DNA of 63,951 nucleotides, the filler included, from Guillardia theta CCMP2712 (taxonomy: Eukaryota > Protista > Cryptophyta): the NCBI RefSeq assembly GCF_000315625.1. It is 5 parts of 4 records of this genome, joined end to end, with 100 filler letters (N's around TTAATTAATTAA, not from the genome) between each part and the next. Parts side by side here need not be neighbours in the genome. Positions count along the whole stretch, not along the records: positions 24,234 to 38,525 come from NW_005434315.1; 4 more parts are not named here. One strand, 5' to 3'. Numbering within the stretch: the stretch's first letter is position 1; every line of letters begins with the position of its first letter. A model generated the notes under the pieces. The model had not been told where the DNA came from and made no database searches. It saw only the letters and a list, made by a program, of their open reading frames with translations. The position numbers and the translations under genes were made by a program. Below are positions 24,242-32,256 of this stretch, in pieces.

Positions 24242-26209
24242 TTGACTCACAAGCTAGAGGAATGCGTTCACTGTCCGAACTTATCTTCTTCAGCGGTTGG
24301 GTCCGGCAGGTTGGATGAGTGTGTGTGTGAGGCTGGATACCACCGTGTTGAAGGCAGCACACCCAGCGCACCGTTCACCTGTGAGATGTGCCCAGTGGAC
24401 AGCTACTGCTTTGGGGGGGTCCTCAAGGCATGCCCCACAAACTCCTTTGCTGGACAGTTCTCGTGGTCGATCTACGACTGCACTTGCGAGGCGGGATATT
24501 ACTGGGTGGAAGGGAATGGGACTGCAGGGGAGGGATCGAGGTGCGGGGGGTGCCCTGTGGGGAGCTACTGCAACAACAGTGTGATGCAATCGTGTCCATC
24601 GAATTCGCTGTCTGTAGAGCTGTCTTCTTCGATCTCGGCTTGCGTGTGCATTAATGGGTATTACCCGGCAAACGGGGATTACACTTGTACGCTATGCCCT
24701 GCGAACAGCTACTGCAAGGATGGTATGATTATGGGGTGCCCGGCGAACAACTTCTCCCTGGCGGGGTCGTCATTGCCAACGGATTGTGCGTCGTTGAACG
24801 CATGCCAGAAAAACACCTTCTCATACACTGGGGAGAAAATCAACCTGCTGTACTCATGCGGAGATGACGAGAGATCGTTGTGTTCGAGCACGTGCAGGAT
24901 TGGGTCGGCGATGACACCTGGTTTTGAACGAAAGGGAATATGGACAGGGCCAGGATCGTCAAGCACTGATGTTCGGGGTTCGTGTGAGCATGCATTAGAA
25001 GAGCCAACGACGACAGGCTTGGTGACGCAAGAGGTATCGATTGGGTGCTACGATTGCCGAACACCGCCATTCATAATCATAGACCTTGGGGTGAGTAGAG
25101 AGATTTCTAAAGTGAATATCTGGAGTATAGACAATGGGGCGTATTGGAATCTTGCGGGAGCAGGGGAACGAGTGTTGATTGGGGACAACCCAAGCGCGCC
25201 ACCAGACTCTTGCCCACAGAGCTGGGGGTGTGTGGGTTGTTGTAACAACAACAACGGACTATGTGCCTCTGGTATCAGGTGGTCAGGGCCTAACCAGAAG
25301 AATGAGATATCTTGCAACATGAAGGGAAGATATATAACGTTGACGACGGATTGCTTGCCATGCTCGGGTGGAAACCAGCATGGGCAATGGAAAGGGGTAC
25401 TGCAATCTGCTAAGGTAGAGCTCCCGTTTTGCTACGACTGTCCGGCGAATTCGGTATCGATCCCACAGTCTACGCGTTGCACGTGCCTTCCCGGATACAT
25501 AGACGCGTTGACTGGGTTGGGGTATACGGATAATACGAAGAGCGCATGCATCCCAGACACGGCGTGTTCAGACATGCCAAACGGGGTTTGGGATCTGTCA
25601 AGTAACCAGTGTATATTATGCCCGAGTGGGTACTACAAGAGTGGTCCACTGGAATGCGTGCCATGTCCCGCAGGATATGCGCTGAATTATTCTGGAGCGA
25701 TCTCACAGTCAGAGTGCACTTCGTGTACTCCGTCATATTTCAGCGACGAAGCGGGATCTTTGATTTGCAAGGAGTGTCCTGTTGATATGTATTCGAACAT
25801 GTCGGGGACATCATGCGCGTTGTGTCCCGATGGGTCATATCTGAAAAACCCATTGCAAGGGAGCGATCAATGTGCTGCGTGCGTTCCTGGTTACTTTTGT
25901 GTGAATGGGGTGATGAAACTGTGCGCAAACCACACATACTCAAACGCATCGTCGACAGCGTGTGAATATTGCCCTGAAGGATCATATTTGAAGAATCCAT
26001 TGCAAGGGAGTGAGCAGTGCTCTATATGCGAGGCAGGGAATTACTGTAGCCTAAGCCAGAAAAGTGCATGCTTTAAGAACTCAAACTCGACAGCTGGATC
26101 TTCTTTGAAAGAGCAATGTCGATGCAACTACGGATACTACCAGAGTGAGCCAGGCGTGTGCTCTGTATGCCCGAGGAACTCTCATTGCCCTGAAACGTGC
26201 TTTGGTTGA
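24242..26209 (+). CDS. Cys-rich repeat protein (GCC2/GCC3, ephrin-receptor-like repeats) with central galactose-binding-like domain; 5' truncated by gap
   Basis: Repeated CPxNSxSxxxSxxxxxCxCxxGYY units. Central FIIIDLGVSREISKVNIW...CNMKGRYITL resembles F5/8 type C / fucolectin domains. Confidence 0.8.
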   Translation: MTHKLEECVHCPNLSSSAVGSGRLDECVCEAGYHRVEGSTPSAPFTCEMCPVDSYCFGGVLKACPTNSFAGQFSWSIYDCTCEAGYYWVEGNGTAGEGSRCGGCPVGSYCNNSVMQSCPSNSLSVELSSSISACVCINGYYPANGDYTCTLCPANSYCKDGMIMGCPANNFSLAGSSLPTDCASLNACQKNTFSYTGEKINLLYSCGDDERSLCSSTCRIGSAMTPGFERKGIWTGPGSSSTDVRGSCEHALEEPTTTGLVTQEVSIGCYDCRTPPFIIIDLGVSREISKVNIWSIDNGAYWNLAGAGERVLIGDNPSAPPDSCPQSWGCVGCCNNNNGLCASGIRWSGPNQKNEISCNMKGRYITLTTDCLPCSGGNQHGQWKGVLQSAKVELPFCYDCPANSVSIPQSTRCTCLPGYIDALTGLGYTDNTKSACIPDTACSDMPNGVWDLSSNQCILCPSGYYKSGPLECVPCPAGYALNYSGAISQSECTSCTPSYFSDEAGSLICKECPVDMYSNMSGTSCALCPDGSYLKNPLQGSDQCAACVPGYFCVNGVMKLCANHTYSNASSTACEYCPEGSYLKNPLQGSEQCSICEAGNYCSLSQKSACFKNSNSTAGSSLKEQCRCNYGYYQSEPGVCSVCPRNSHCPETCFG

Positions 26210-26303
26210 TCTTTGTGTATTTTTTGTTTTTTAAAAACAAAGTTTGCTACGGTTTGGTTTTTTCCAATAAATAAAAAAGCACTGGGAAGGGTCTACGGGA
26301 GGC

Positions 26304-26672
26304 ATGTTGGCGGCTGAGGATCTCTTGTGCTTGTCCGATGAGTTTCCACCCGATATTGAGGAGTTTGCCTCTGTGGATGCGATACAACGGAAGAGGAGGA
26401 AGATCAGCACTAACAGGAATACAGCATCAAAGTGCGAGCAGAGGTGTGGGGGATCGGAGTGCTTGTCCGATGAGTTTCCAGCCGACATTGAGGAGTTTGC
26501 CTCTGTGGATGCGATACAATGGAAGAGGAGGAAGATCAGCACTGACAGGAATACAGCATCAAAGTGCGAGCAGAGGCGGGGGGGATCGGAGTGCTTGTCC
26601 GATGAGTTTCCAACCGACATTGAGGAGTTTGCCTCTGTGGAGTTTGCCTCAGGGAATCCTTTTGTCGTATAA
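26304..26672 (+). CDS. Small ORF built from ~2.4 copies of a 132-bp (44 aa) repeat with KRRK NLS-like motif
   Basis: GTGCTTGTCCGATGAGTTTCCA recurs at 26327, 26459 and 26591. ATG at 26304. Confidence 0.45.
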   Translation: MLAAEDLLCLSDEFPPDIEEFASVDAIQRKRRKISTNRNTASKCEQRCGGSECLSDEFPADIEEFASVDAIQWKRRKISTDRNTASKCEQRRGGSECLSDEFPTDIEEFASVEFASGNPFVV

Positions 26673-26810
26673 AGGTTAAAAAGGTTTTCTATAAAGAATA
26701 TTGTTTGTATCGAGAGAATATTTCGGGCGGACTAAATTTTTATTTCTTTTTCATTTCCTCTTGAATGTAAAAACTTGACTGACAGTCAAGCATAGGACAG
26801 GAAGAGCAGC

Positions 26811-27554
26811 ATGAGCTCAGTGGTGTGTTATCACTGTGGGAGGTGGGGGCACATTGCCCCGGAGTGTTGGACGAATTCCCGTTATGCGGTCTCAGAATGG
26901 AGCGTCACCTCGAATAGAAGAACATGTTTTCAATGCGGAAAAACCGGACACTTTGCCAGCGAGTGCTATGCTAACAAGAGAAGGCGGACGGAGACTGTGG
27001 AGTGCTTCAATTGTGGGAAGCCTGGGCATTTCGCTTCAGAGTGCTTCTCACGAAAATGGGGCTCATACGAACAGCGTAATGATGAGATGGATGATGAAAA
27101 GGTCAAAAGTAGTGAGTCGAGTGAAGAAAGCGAGGATGAAGAGATAAACAAAAAGCCCATCGAGTATCCTCAACTCCTCCCCGGTACGAGCGGAGTATAC
27201 ATCTTGTTATATCCCAACGGACAGGTATACGTGGGCAGATCGAAGAACGTGGATAAACGCATTGGACAGCACTTGAAGGGACCATTCGCCGAATCATGGG
27301 GTAACCCAAAATTGATAGCCCCAGAAACCCCCGCGATACCGCATGATTTGGAGTCTTGGGAAAGGAATGAGACTTTGCACCAGATGAAGAAACACGGCAT
27401 CACAAAGGTGAGAGGGTGGAAGTATACTTCCGTTGCACTCAGCGCGGAAGAACATAGAGATGCCGCAATGCAGATACGCGAGAAATACGATCTGTGTCGT
27501 ATGTGTGGCAGCGGAACTCACTTCGCAGAGACATGTCGCTTGTCACGCGCCTGA
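26811..27554 (+). CDS. CCHC zinc-knuckle + GIY-YIG nuclease protein
   Basis: Three N-terminal CX2CX4HX4C knuckles, GVYILLYPNGQVYVGRSKNVDKRIGQH (GIY-YIG with catalytic Arg), WERNE, VRGWKY and a C-terminal knuckle CRMCGSGTHFAETC. Confidence 0.9.
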   Translation: MSSVVCYHCGRWGHIAPECWTNSRYAVSEWSVTSNRRTCFQCGKTGHFASECYANKRRRTETVECFNCGKPGHFASECFSRKWGSYEQRNDEMDDEKVKSSESSEESEDEEINKKPIEYPQLLPGTSGVYILLYPNGQVYVGRSKNVDKRIGQHLKGPFAESWGNPKLIAPETPAIPHDLESWERNETLHQMKKHGITKVRGWKYTSVALSAEEHRDAAMQIREKYDLCRMCGSGTHFAETCRLSRA

Positions 27555-27625
27555 TAGTGAACTCAGCCGCTGAGCCGCTTAACAGTGCGTTTGAATAACA
27601 CTTGTTTATTACAACAACAAGAATA

Positions 27626-27985
27626 TCACAATTTACGTCGTTTGGATTGCCTTCGTACAGAATCATCTCCATTCCCAACAACTTCCTCATTCCCTCCATC
27701 AGCCGATACGTTCGACGTCGTGCGGGCGGTGGCATCGCTGCGTGCTGCATCGGTCAACTTCCTTAACTCCTCCTCAAGTTCCCGAACTCGATCTTGCTTC
27801 ATAGTCCGAGTTATAATTTGACTGTTCTTGATCGTAGTAACAACACCACTGTTGTTAGTAGTCTCAATGATCTCCTCTCTCACCCTCTTCTTCACTCCAA
27901 GCAATGAAACTCCTGAATTGTTGTAACTCTTGTACAGATCATAGGCCATACTCGCAACACCAAAGCTAAACAACAAAGTGTTCAT
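27626..27985 (-). CDS. Small hypothetical protein (hydrophobic N-terminus, coiled coil, basic C-terminus)
   Basis: MNTLLFSFGVASMAYDLYK...DRVRELEEELRKL...RRQSKRRKL; convergent with the GIY-YIG gene. Confidence 0.5.
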   Translation of the reverse strand: MNTLLFSFGVASMAYDLYKSYNNSGVSLLGVKKRVREEIIETTNNSGVVTTIKNSQIITRTMKQDRVRELEEELRKLTDAARSDATARTTSNVSADGGNEEVVGNGDDSVRRQSKRRKL

Positions 27986-28260
27986 TTTCACACCTTGACA
28001 CTTAGGCCCTTGCTTTAAGTAACGCAGTCCGCGGCCCCTAATGACACTTAGTACCCCACACAAAGCAGGTAAAATAAGGGGTAGTCAAAGTGGGGGAATA
28101 ACCAAGAGACAAACATAGAGGGGTGGTATGATACAATAAAACAACCCGTACTGTAATCAATGACACTTCGGCTAAGATCCTTGTACCCCCAATTAAAGCC
28201 TTAATTTAAGGGGTACTCACGTATTACATTTTGTGCTGAGAAACATAACACGTAACACAT

Positions 28261-28865
28261 ATGTACCCCCTATCTGCCCTATATATTCATGTATAACCAC
28301 CGGGTACACCCAGTCCACCTGTAATAGGACGACCACCCCATGTCAGTCAGGTTCATGTACCCCCAGTACCCCCTGCCTGCTCTATATATTCATGTATAAC
28401 CACCGGGTACTCCCACCCCACCTGTAATAGGACGACCACCCTATATAACCCCAAGTACCCCCTGTCTACCCCATATCTTTATATATAACCACCGGGTACA
28501 CCCAGTCCACCTGTAATAAGACGACCACCCCATATAACCCCAGTACCCCCAATCTCCCCCATATCTTTATATATAACCACCGGGTACACCCAGCCCACCT
28601 GTAATAAGACGACCACCCCATATAACCCCAGTACCCCCAATCTCCCCCATATCTTTATATATAACCACCGGGTACACCCACCCCACCTGTAATAGGACGA
28701 CCACCCCATATAACCCCAGTACCCCCAATCTCCCCCATATCTTTATATATAACCACCGGGTACACCCACCCCACCTGGAATGACCCACCACCCCATATAA
28801 CCCCCACCACCCCCATTTCCCCCATATCTTCATATATAACCACCGGGTACTCCCACTCCACTCCA
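28261..28865. repeat. ~88-bp minisatellite, about 7 units
   Basis: Core TATAACCACCGGGTAC recurs seven times; the central units have an exact 88-nt period. C-rich/G-poor top strand. One further unit at ~30400-30466. Confidence 0.9.
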
Positions 28866-28908
28866 CATATAATAAAGGGTGGGACCTAGGAAAATCTGAG
28901 AAGTCACA

Positions 28909-29526
28909 ATGCCCATCAAACGCAAGGCACGGCGCTCCTCCATTGGCATGTCAAAGAAACCCAAAGTATCTTTGGCTCTTGTGGTATATCGACCACCTCA
29001 AATACCTCGCGAATCTGATGCAGTTGTGATATACAAACCATTTGTGGATTTCGATTATGCTCGAAGTTGCATTTTTGCACATTGGACATGTAATTTGTTT
29101 TTCAGCCGTGGGAATGGAGTCGGTGGGCGAATATTGAGCCCCAAGTACAGCAACCGTGAGACTGTTCAATGGCGACTGTATGTAATCAGACTTTTTCACA
29201 TGCTTGACCGGTTTACTATCAGGAAGCTCGTTCCATTTTTGTTGCAATCTTCTATAGATTCCGATCATGATATGCTGTGTCGCAGCTTGTTGAATTTTTT
29301 TGGTGTCAAGATTGAGTCAAATGATCACTTTGATAACTTGAAGGTTGTCGAATATGAAGCCTGGATAAGAAGGATGTTCCAACATCAAGCATTCGACAAA
29401 GTGAAGCAGACAAAGCTTCAGTATGAATCTGAAATCGACAAGATGCAACAGAAACATGCTTTAGAACTAGAGAACAAAGACAGGCTGATTGCAGCCCTTC
29501 TCAAGAGGATTCCAAAGAAATTTTGA
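28909..29526 (+). CDS. Hypothetical protein, basic N-terminus and C-terminal coiled coil
   Basis: 205-aa ATG-initiated intronless ORF ending QQKHALELENKDRLIAALLKRIPKKF, 20 nt before the TTAA at 29547. Confidence 0.65.
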   Translation: MPIKRKARRSSIGMSKKPKVSLALVVYRPPQIPRESDAVVIYKPFVDFDYARSCIFAHWTCNLFFSRGNGVGGRILSPKYSNRETVQWRLYVIRLFHMLDRFTIRKLVPFLLQSSIDSDHDMLCRSLLNFFGVKIESNDHFDNLKVVEYEAWIRRMFQHQAFDKVKQTKLQYESEIDKMQQKHALELENKDRLIAALLKRIPKKF

Positions 29527-29550
29527 GTTATTCATTAAAGATACTTTTAA

Positions 29551-29687
29551 AATCTCGTAGTCACTGCATTGAATCAATGAACCGATGACACTGTTGTTCA
29601 TACATCTGCTTTCCACATTTCCTCTGATTTCCAAGAAGAGCGAACAATTGAATGTTTCTCTTGATGACCCCCAATAGTCAGTGACTA
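29551..29687 (-). ncRNA. Putative Fanzor omegaRNA scaffold (copy 1)
   Basis: Begins at the Fanzor-remnant stop codon and ends at TTAA (29547-29550). Has 9-bp perfect complementarity between 29679-29687 and 29558-29566, a hairpin CAATAGTC-AGT-GACTATTG (29672-29690) and a stem ATGAAC/GTTCAT. The terminal 93 nt including TTAA are duplicated exactly at 30092-30184. Confidence 0.6.
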
Positions 29688-29891
29688 TTGAGGGCGATGA
29701 TACAGAGGTCTTTGCAGAAATCCAGGTCTTCGAGGAAGTGACTTGAAACAAAGTAGAATATTCATGGCTGCATTGACGTCCCGGGATACAAATGGAGACT
29801 TGAAACATCTGGTGGAAGAACACCATTTCAATCCTCGAACACACGTTTTTCGCGTGTTGTGTATCCCTTTTCTTCGCATTAAGTGTCGCAT
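29685..29891 (-). pseudogene. Fanzor (eukaryotic TnpB homolog) C-terminal remnant
   Basis: VRGLKWCSSTRC...FVSRDVNAAMNILLCFKSLPRRPGFLQR gives the second Zn-finger Cys pair, the RuvC-III RDxNAAxNI motif and the RP tail. An in-frame stop lies just upstream; RuvC-I/II are absent. Confidence 0.85.
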
Positions 29892-30091
29892 AAAATCATG
29901 TTTTGGTTCGCTGACTCAGCTTTTGAGTTTGTCGCATTCATCACTTTTTATATTTTTTTTCAAGAAAATAAAAAAACCAAACCCAAGCAAATATTAACCA
30001 CTGGAGGTACAATACTCATCACGAGTTTAGGAGACGAATTTGTGATTTTGGAATTTGGGATTCCTTGTGGAATCCTTTTGACGTATAAAGG

Positions 30092-30333
30092 TTAAAATCT
30101 CGTAGTCACTGCATTGAATCAATGAACCGATGACACTGTTGTTCATACATCTGCTTTCCACATTTCCTCTGATTTCCAAGAAGACAACCTTTTGCAACGC
30201 CGCCAGCCGCAGAAAGCGCGAATGAGAGTCAACATGTATTACCACAAAGATGAACACCCATCTACTATCCACTAAGCTCTTCCGATGAAAACCACAGAAA
30301 CAGAGTCATGAGCCTCTCGCGGGCGGGAGTTAA
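30092..30333 (-). mobile_element. Non-autonomous 234-bp TTAA-flanked element with Fanzor right end / partial omegaRNA (copy 2)
   Basis: TTAA at 30092-30095 and 30330-30333. 30092-30184 is identical to 29547-29639. Both flanks match sequences elsewhere in the island up to the TTAA. Confidence 0.7.
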
Positions 30334-30466
30334 AGCCTTAATTTAAGGGGTACTCACGTATTACATTTTGTGCTGGGAAACATAACACGTAACACATATG
30401 TACCCCCTATCTGCACTATATATTCATGTATAACCACCGGGTACTCCCACTCCACCTGTAATAGGA
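30330..30466 (+). repeat. 137-bp direct repeat of 28193-28329 starting at TTAA
   Basis: TTAAAGCCTTAATTTAAGGGGTACTCACG...CCACCTGTAATAGGA, 4 mismatches by manual comparison. Confidence 0.9.
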
Positions 30467-30536
30467 GGTTCATGAATTTGAGTCAATTTCGAATTGCTTC
30501 TATATCGGGCTTGAAGCGCTTGCGAGAATCAAAGGA

Positions 30537-30821
30537 ATGATGCAGTCCTCCACACAGAACCTCACCCTCGGCGCGGCGTACCCAAACCCGCTCACCTATG
30601 GTGACATCGACCATTATCTCAGTGCTGTCGAGTATGACACCGAGGTCTCCCCAGAGGAGTTGCATCAGCAGATCACAAAAGCCGCGCTGAGATTCGTCCG
30701 GTCTAGGAACATCCCCGTGGACTCCAAGATCTACACGAAGGCAATCACATTCATGAATTCCAACTTCTGTCACATCAAGGGGGTCGAGAACTATCTTGCA
30801 AAGTTGCTTGTTACGAAGTAG
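30537..30821 (+). CDS. Small hypothetical protein
   Basis: 94-aa ATG-initiated ORF with ordinary globular composition, convergent with the GNAT. Confidence 0.55.
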   Translation: MMQSSTQNLTLGAAYPNPLTYGDIDHYLSAVEYDTEVSPEELHQQITKAALRFVRSRNIPVDSKIYTKAITFMNSNFCHIKGVENYLAKLLVTK

Positions 30822-30847
30822 TGTGAAAATAAAAACGATTCTTTATT

Positions 30848-31366
30848 TCAAGAAAGACTCTCAACAGTCTCTACACCGCAGCTCTCCCAGAACCCGACGC
30901 TCTCGGGCAGTGGGTTCCATGCCTCCCTGATCCGGAGCTTCTGTACAAACAGGCGACCGAGCCCCTGTCTCCGCATGTCTGGCCTCACCCAGATACACTC
31001 CGCGATATCGTCTTGCATGATGCAGTAGCAGGGCAGCAGGTAATCACCGGGGTCACCGTTCATGTCCACACAGAAAAGAGGATCGAGCTTGCACCCCAGA
31101 CGAAACATCTCCTCGGTCTCGATTACCTTGAGTCCATAAAGTGTTTTCTCTTTGAAAGCATTCAGAATAGTGTTATACGGCACATTTCCTGGGCTGCCCT
31201 CAATGATCTGTCGGAAGATGATCCAGAAATCACCCTCGTCCTCAACCCTGAAAGCGGTGGCATCCCCGTAGTGTTCCTTCCACAACACACGCAACATCGC
31301 GTGTGAGATGCGATAATTCCTATGGAAGCTACACAAGCCTTCATACATCGGCCATTGTTCTTGCAT
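30848..31366 (-). CDS. GNAT-family acetyltransferase
   Basis: CIWVRPDMRRQGLGRLFV (acetyl-CoA-binding motif A, R/QxxGxG) and PLPESVGFWESCG (motif B). Confidence 0.8.
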   Translation of the reverse strand: MQEQWPMYEGLCSFHRNYRISHAMLRVLWKEHYGDATAFRVEDEGDFWIIFRQIIEGSPGNVPYNTILNAFKEKTLYGLKVIETEEMFRLGCKLDPLFCVDMNGDPGDYLLPCYCIMQDDIAECIWVRPDMRRQGLGRLFVQKLRIREAWNPLPESVGFWESCGVETVESLS

Positions 31367-31472
31367 GATGGGGTACTCAACGACTTGCCTTGAAGTTTTT
31401 TCGGGGTGGGGGGGGGGGGTATTTTTGGTACCATATACGGGTGGGGGAGGATGCTGGTAGTTGAGCTGTTTG

Positions 31473-31874
31473 TTACTTAGCCATCAAAGGAAAAATTTCT
31501 TTTATTTGCTCCAGAAGTTGATTTTTCTTCTCATTGTTAGGCTCGAATTCCAATAATGCAAGTTCAAGCAATAGTTTTATAGCTACGGAATTCCGCTGTA
31601 ATATTTGCTTATTCTTTCTCAATCTCGCATTTATCTGGTCTGAATCTGCATACTTGTAACCTGCCAAAGCGCCAATTACTGGATAAGACATTGGTGCGTA
31701 TGTAGAAATCATGTTTTTTTTATTTTCCGCTGATGTTGCATACATCAATGAACCAAGAGCTGTGCCTGCACTTATTGGAATTGCATAGTTTTTGATATTT
31801 TGCATGTATTTGTTTATATCTTGCATGTATTTGTTTATATCTTGTATATATTTGTTACACTTCGTTCTTGACAT
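31473..31874 (-). CDS. Small AT-rich putative membrane protein (paralog 1)
   Basis: Two hydrophobic Gly-containing segments. 31647-31810 is near-identical to 32046-32209. Confidence 0.6.
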   Translation of the reverse strand: MSRTKCNKYIQDINKYMQDINKYMQNIKNYAIPISAGTALGSLMYATSAENKKNMISTYAPMSYPVIGALAGYKYADSDQINARLRKNKQILQRNSVAIKLLLELALLEFEPNNEKKNQLLEQIKEIFPLMAK

Positions 31875-31889
31875 GTTGAAGGATTTTTC

Positions 31890-32204
31890 TTATTCTGAAT
31901 TTTTCATTTCATCATTATCAGGGTCTTTCAATGCATATTCCAACAGTATTTGTATAGCTAGTGAATTGCTGTCTAATTGTGCATCCAAACGATCCTCTAG
32001 GATCTTAAAATTCACATCATGTAATCTCTGTTCTATCATATCATTTGCATACTTGTAACCTGCCAAAGCGCCAATTACTGGATAAGACATTGGTGCGTAT
32101 GTAGAAATCATGTTTTTTTTATTTCCCGCTGATGTTGCATACATCAATGAACCAAGAGCTGTGCCTGCACTTATTGGAATTGCATAGTTTTTGATATTTT
32201 GCAT
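31890..32204 (-). CDS. Small AT-rich putative membrane protein (paralog 2)
   Basis: Shares MQNIKNYAIPISAGTALGSLMYATSA...GALAGYKYA with the adjacent ORF; the C-terminus has diverged. Confidence 0.6.
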   Translation of the reverse strand: MQNIKNYAIPISAGTALGSLMYATSAGNKKNMISTYAPMSYPVIGALAGYKYANDMIEQRLHDVNFKILEDRLDAQLDSNSLAIQILLEYALKDPDNDEMKNSE

Positions 32205-32256
32205 GTATTGTTTTGTGATATCAAACTAATGGACTTATTTATATAGTTTGTTTGAA

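Larger units (their letters stand above)
26676..28196. mobile_element. TTAA-bounded 1513-bp cassette carrying a zinc-knuckle GIY-YIG nuclease and a second ORF
   Basis: TTAA at 26676-26679 and 28193-28196. Its left and right flanks are homologous to the flanks of the different TTAA-bounded insert at 30092-30333. No terminal inverted repeats. Confidence 0.55.

Noticed and set aside
28261-28865. 88-bp periodic array as a CRISPR array
   Set aside because: Whole units are repeated with no unique spacers and no cas genes, so it is a minisatellite.
30092-30333. piggyBac assignment for the TTAA-flanked inserts
   Set aside because: No terminal inverted repeats or CCY...RGG termini at either insert, and no DDD transposase in the window.
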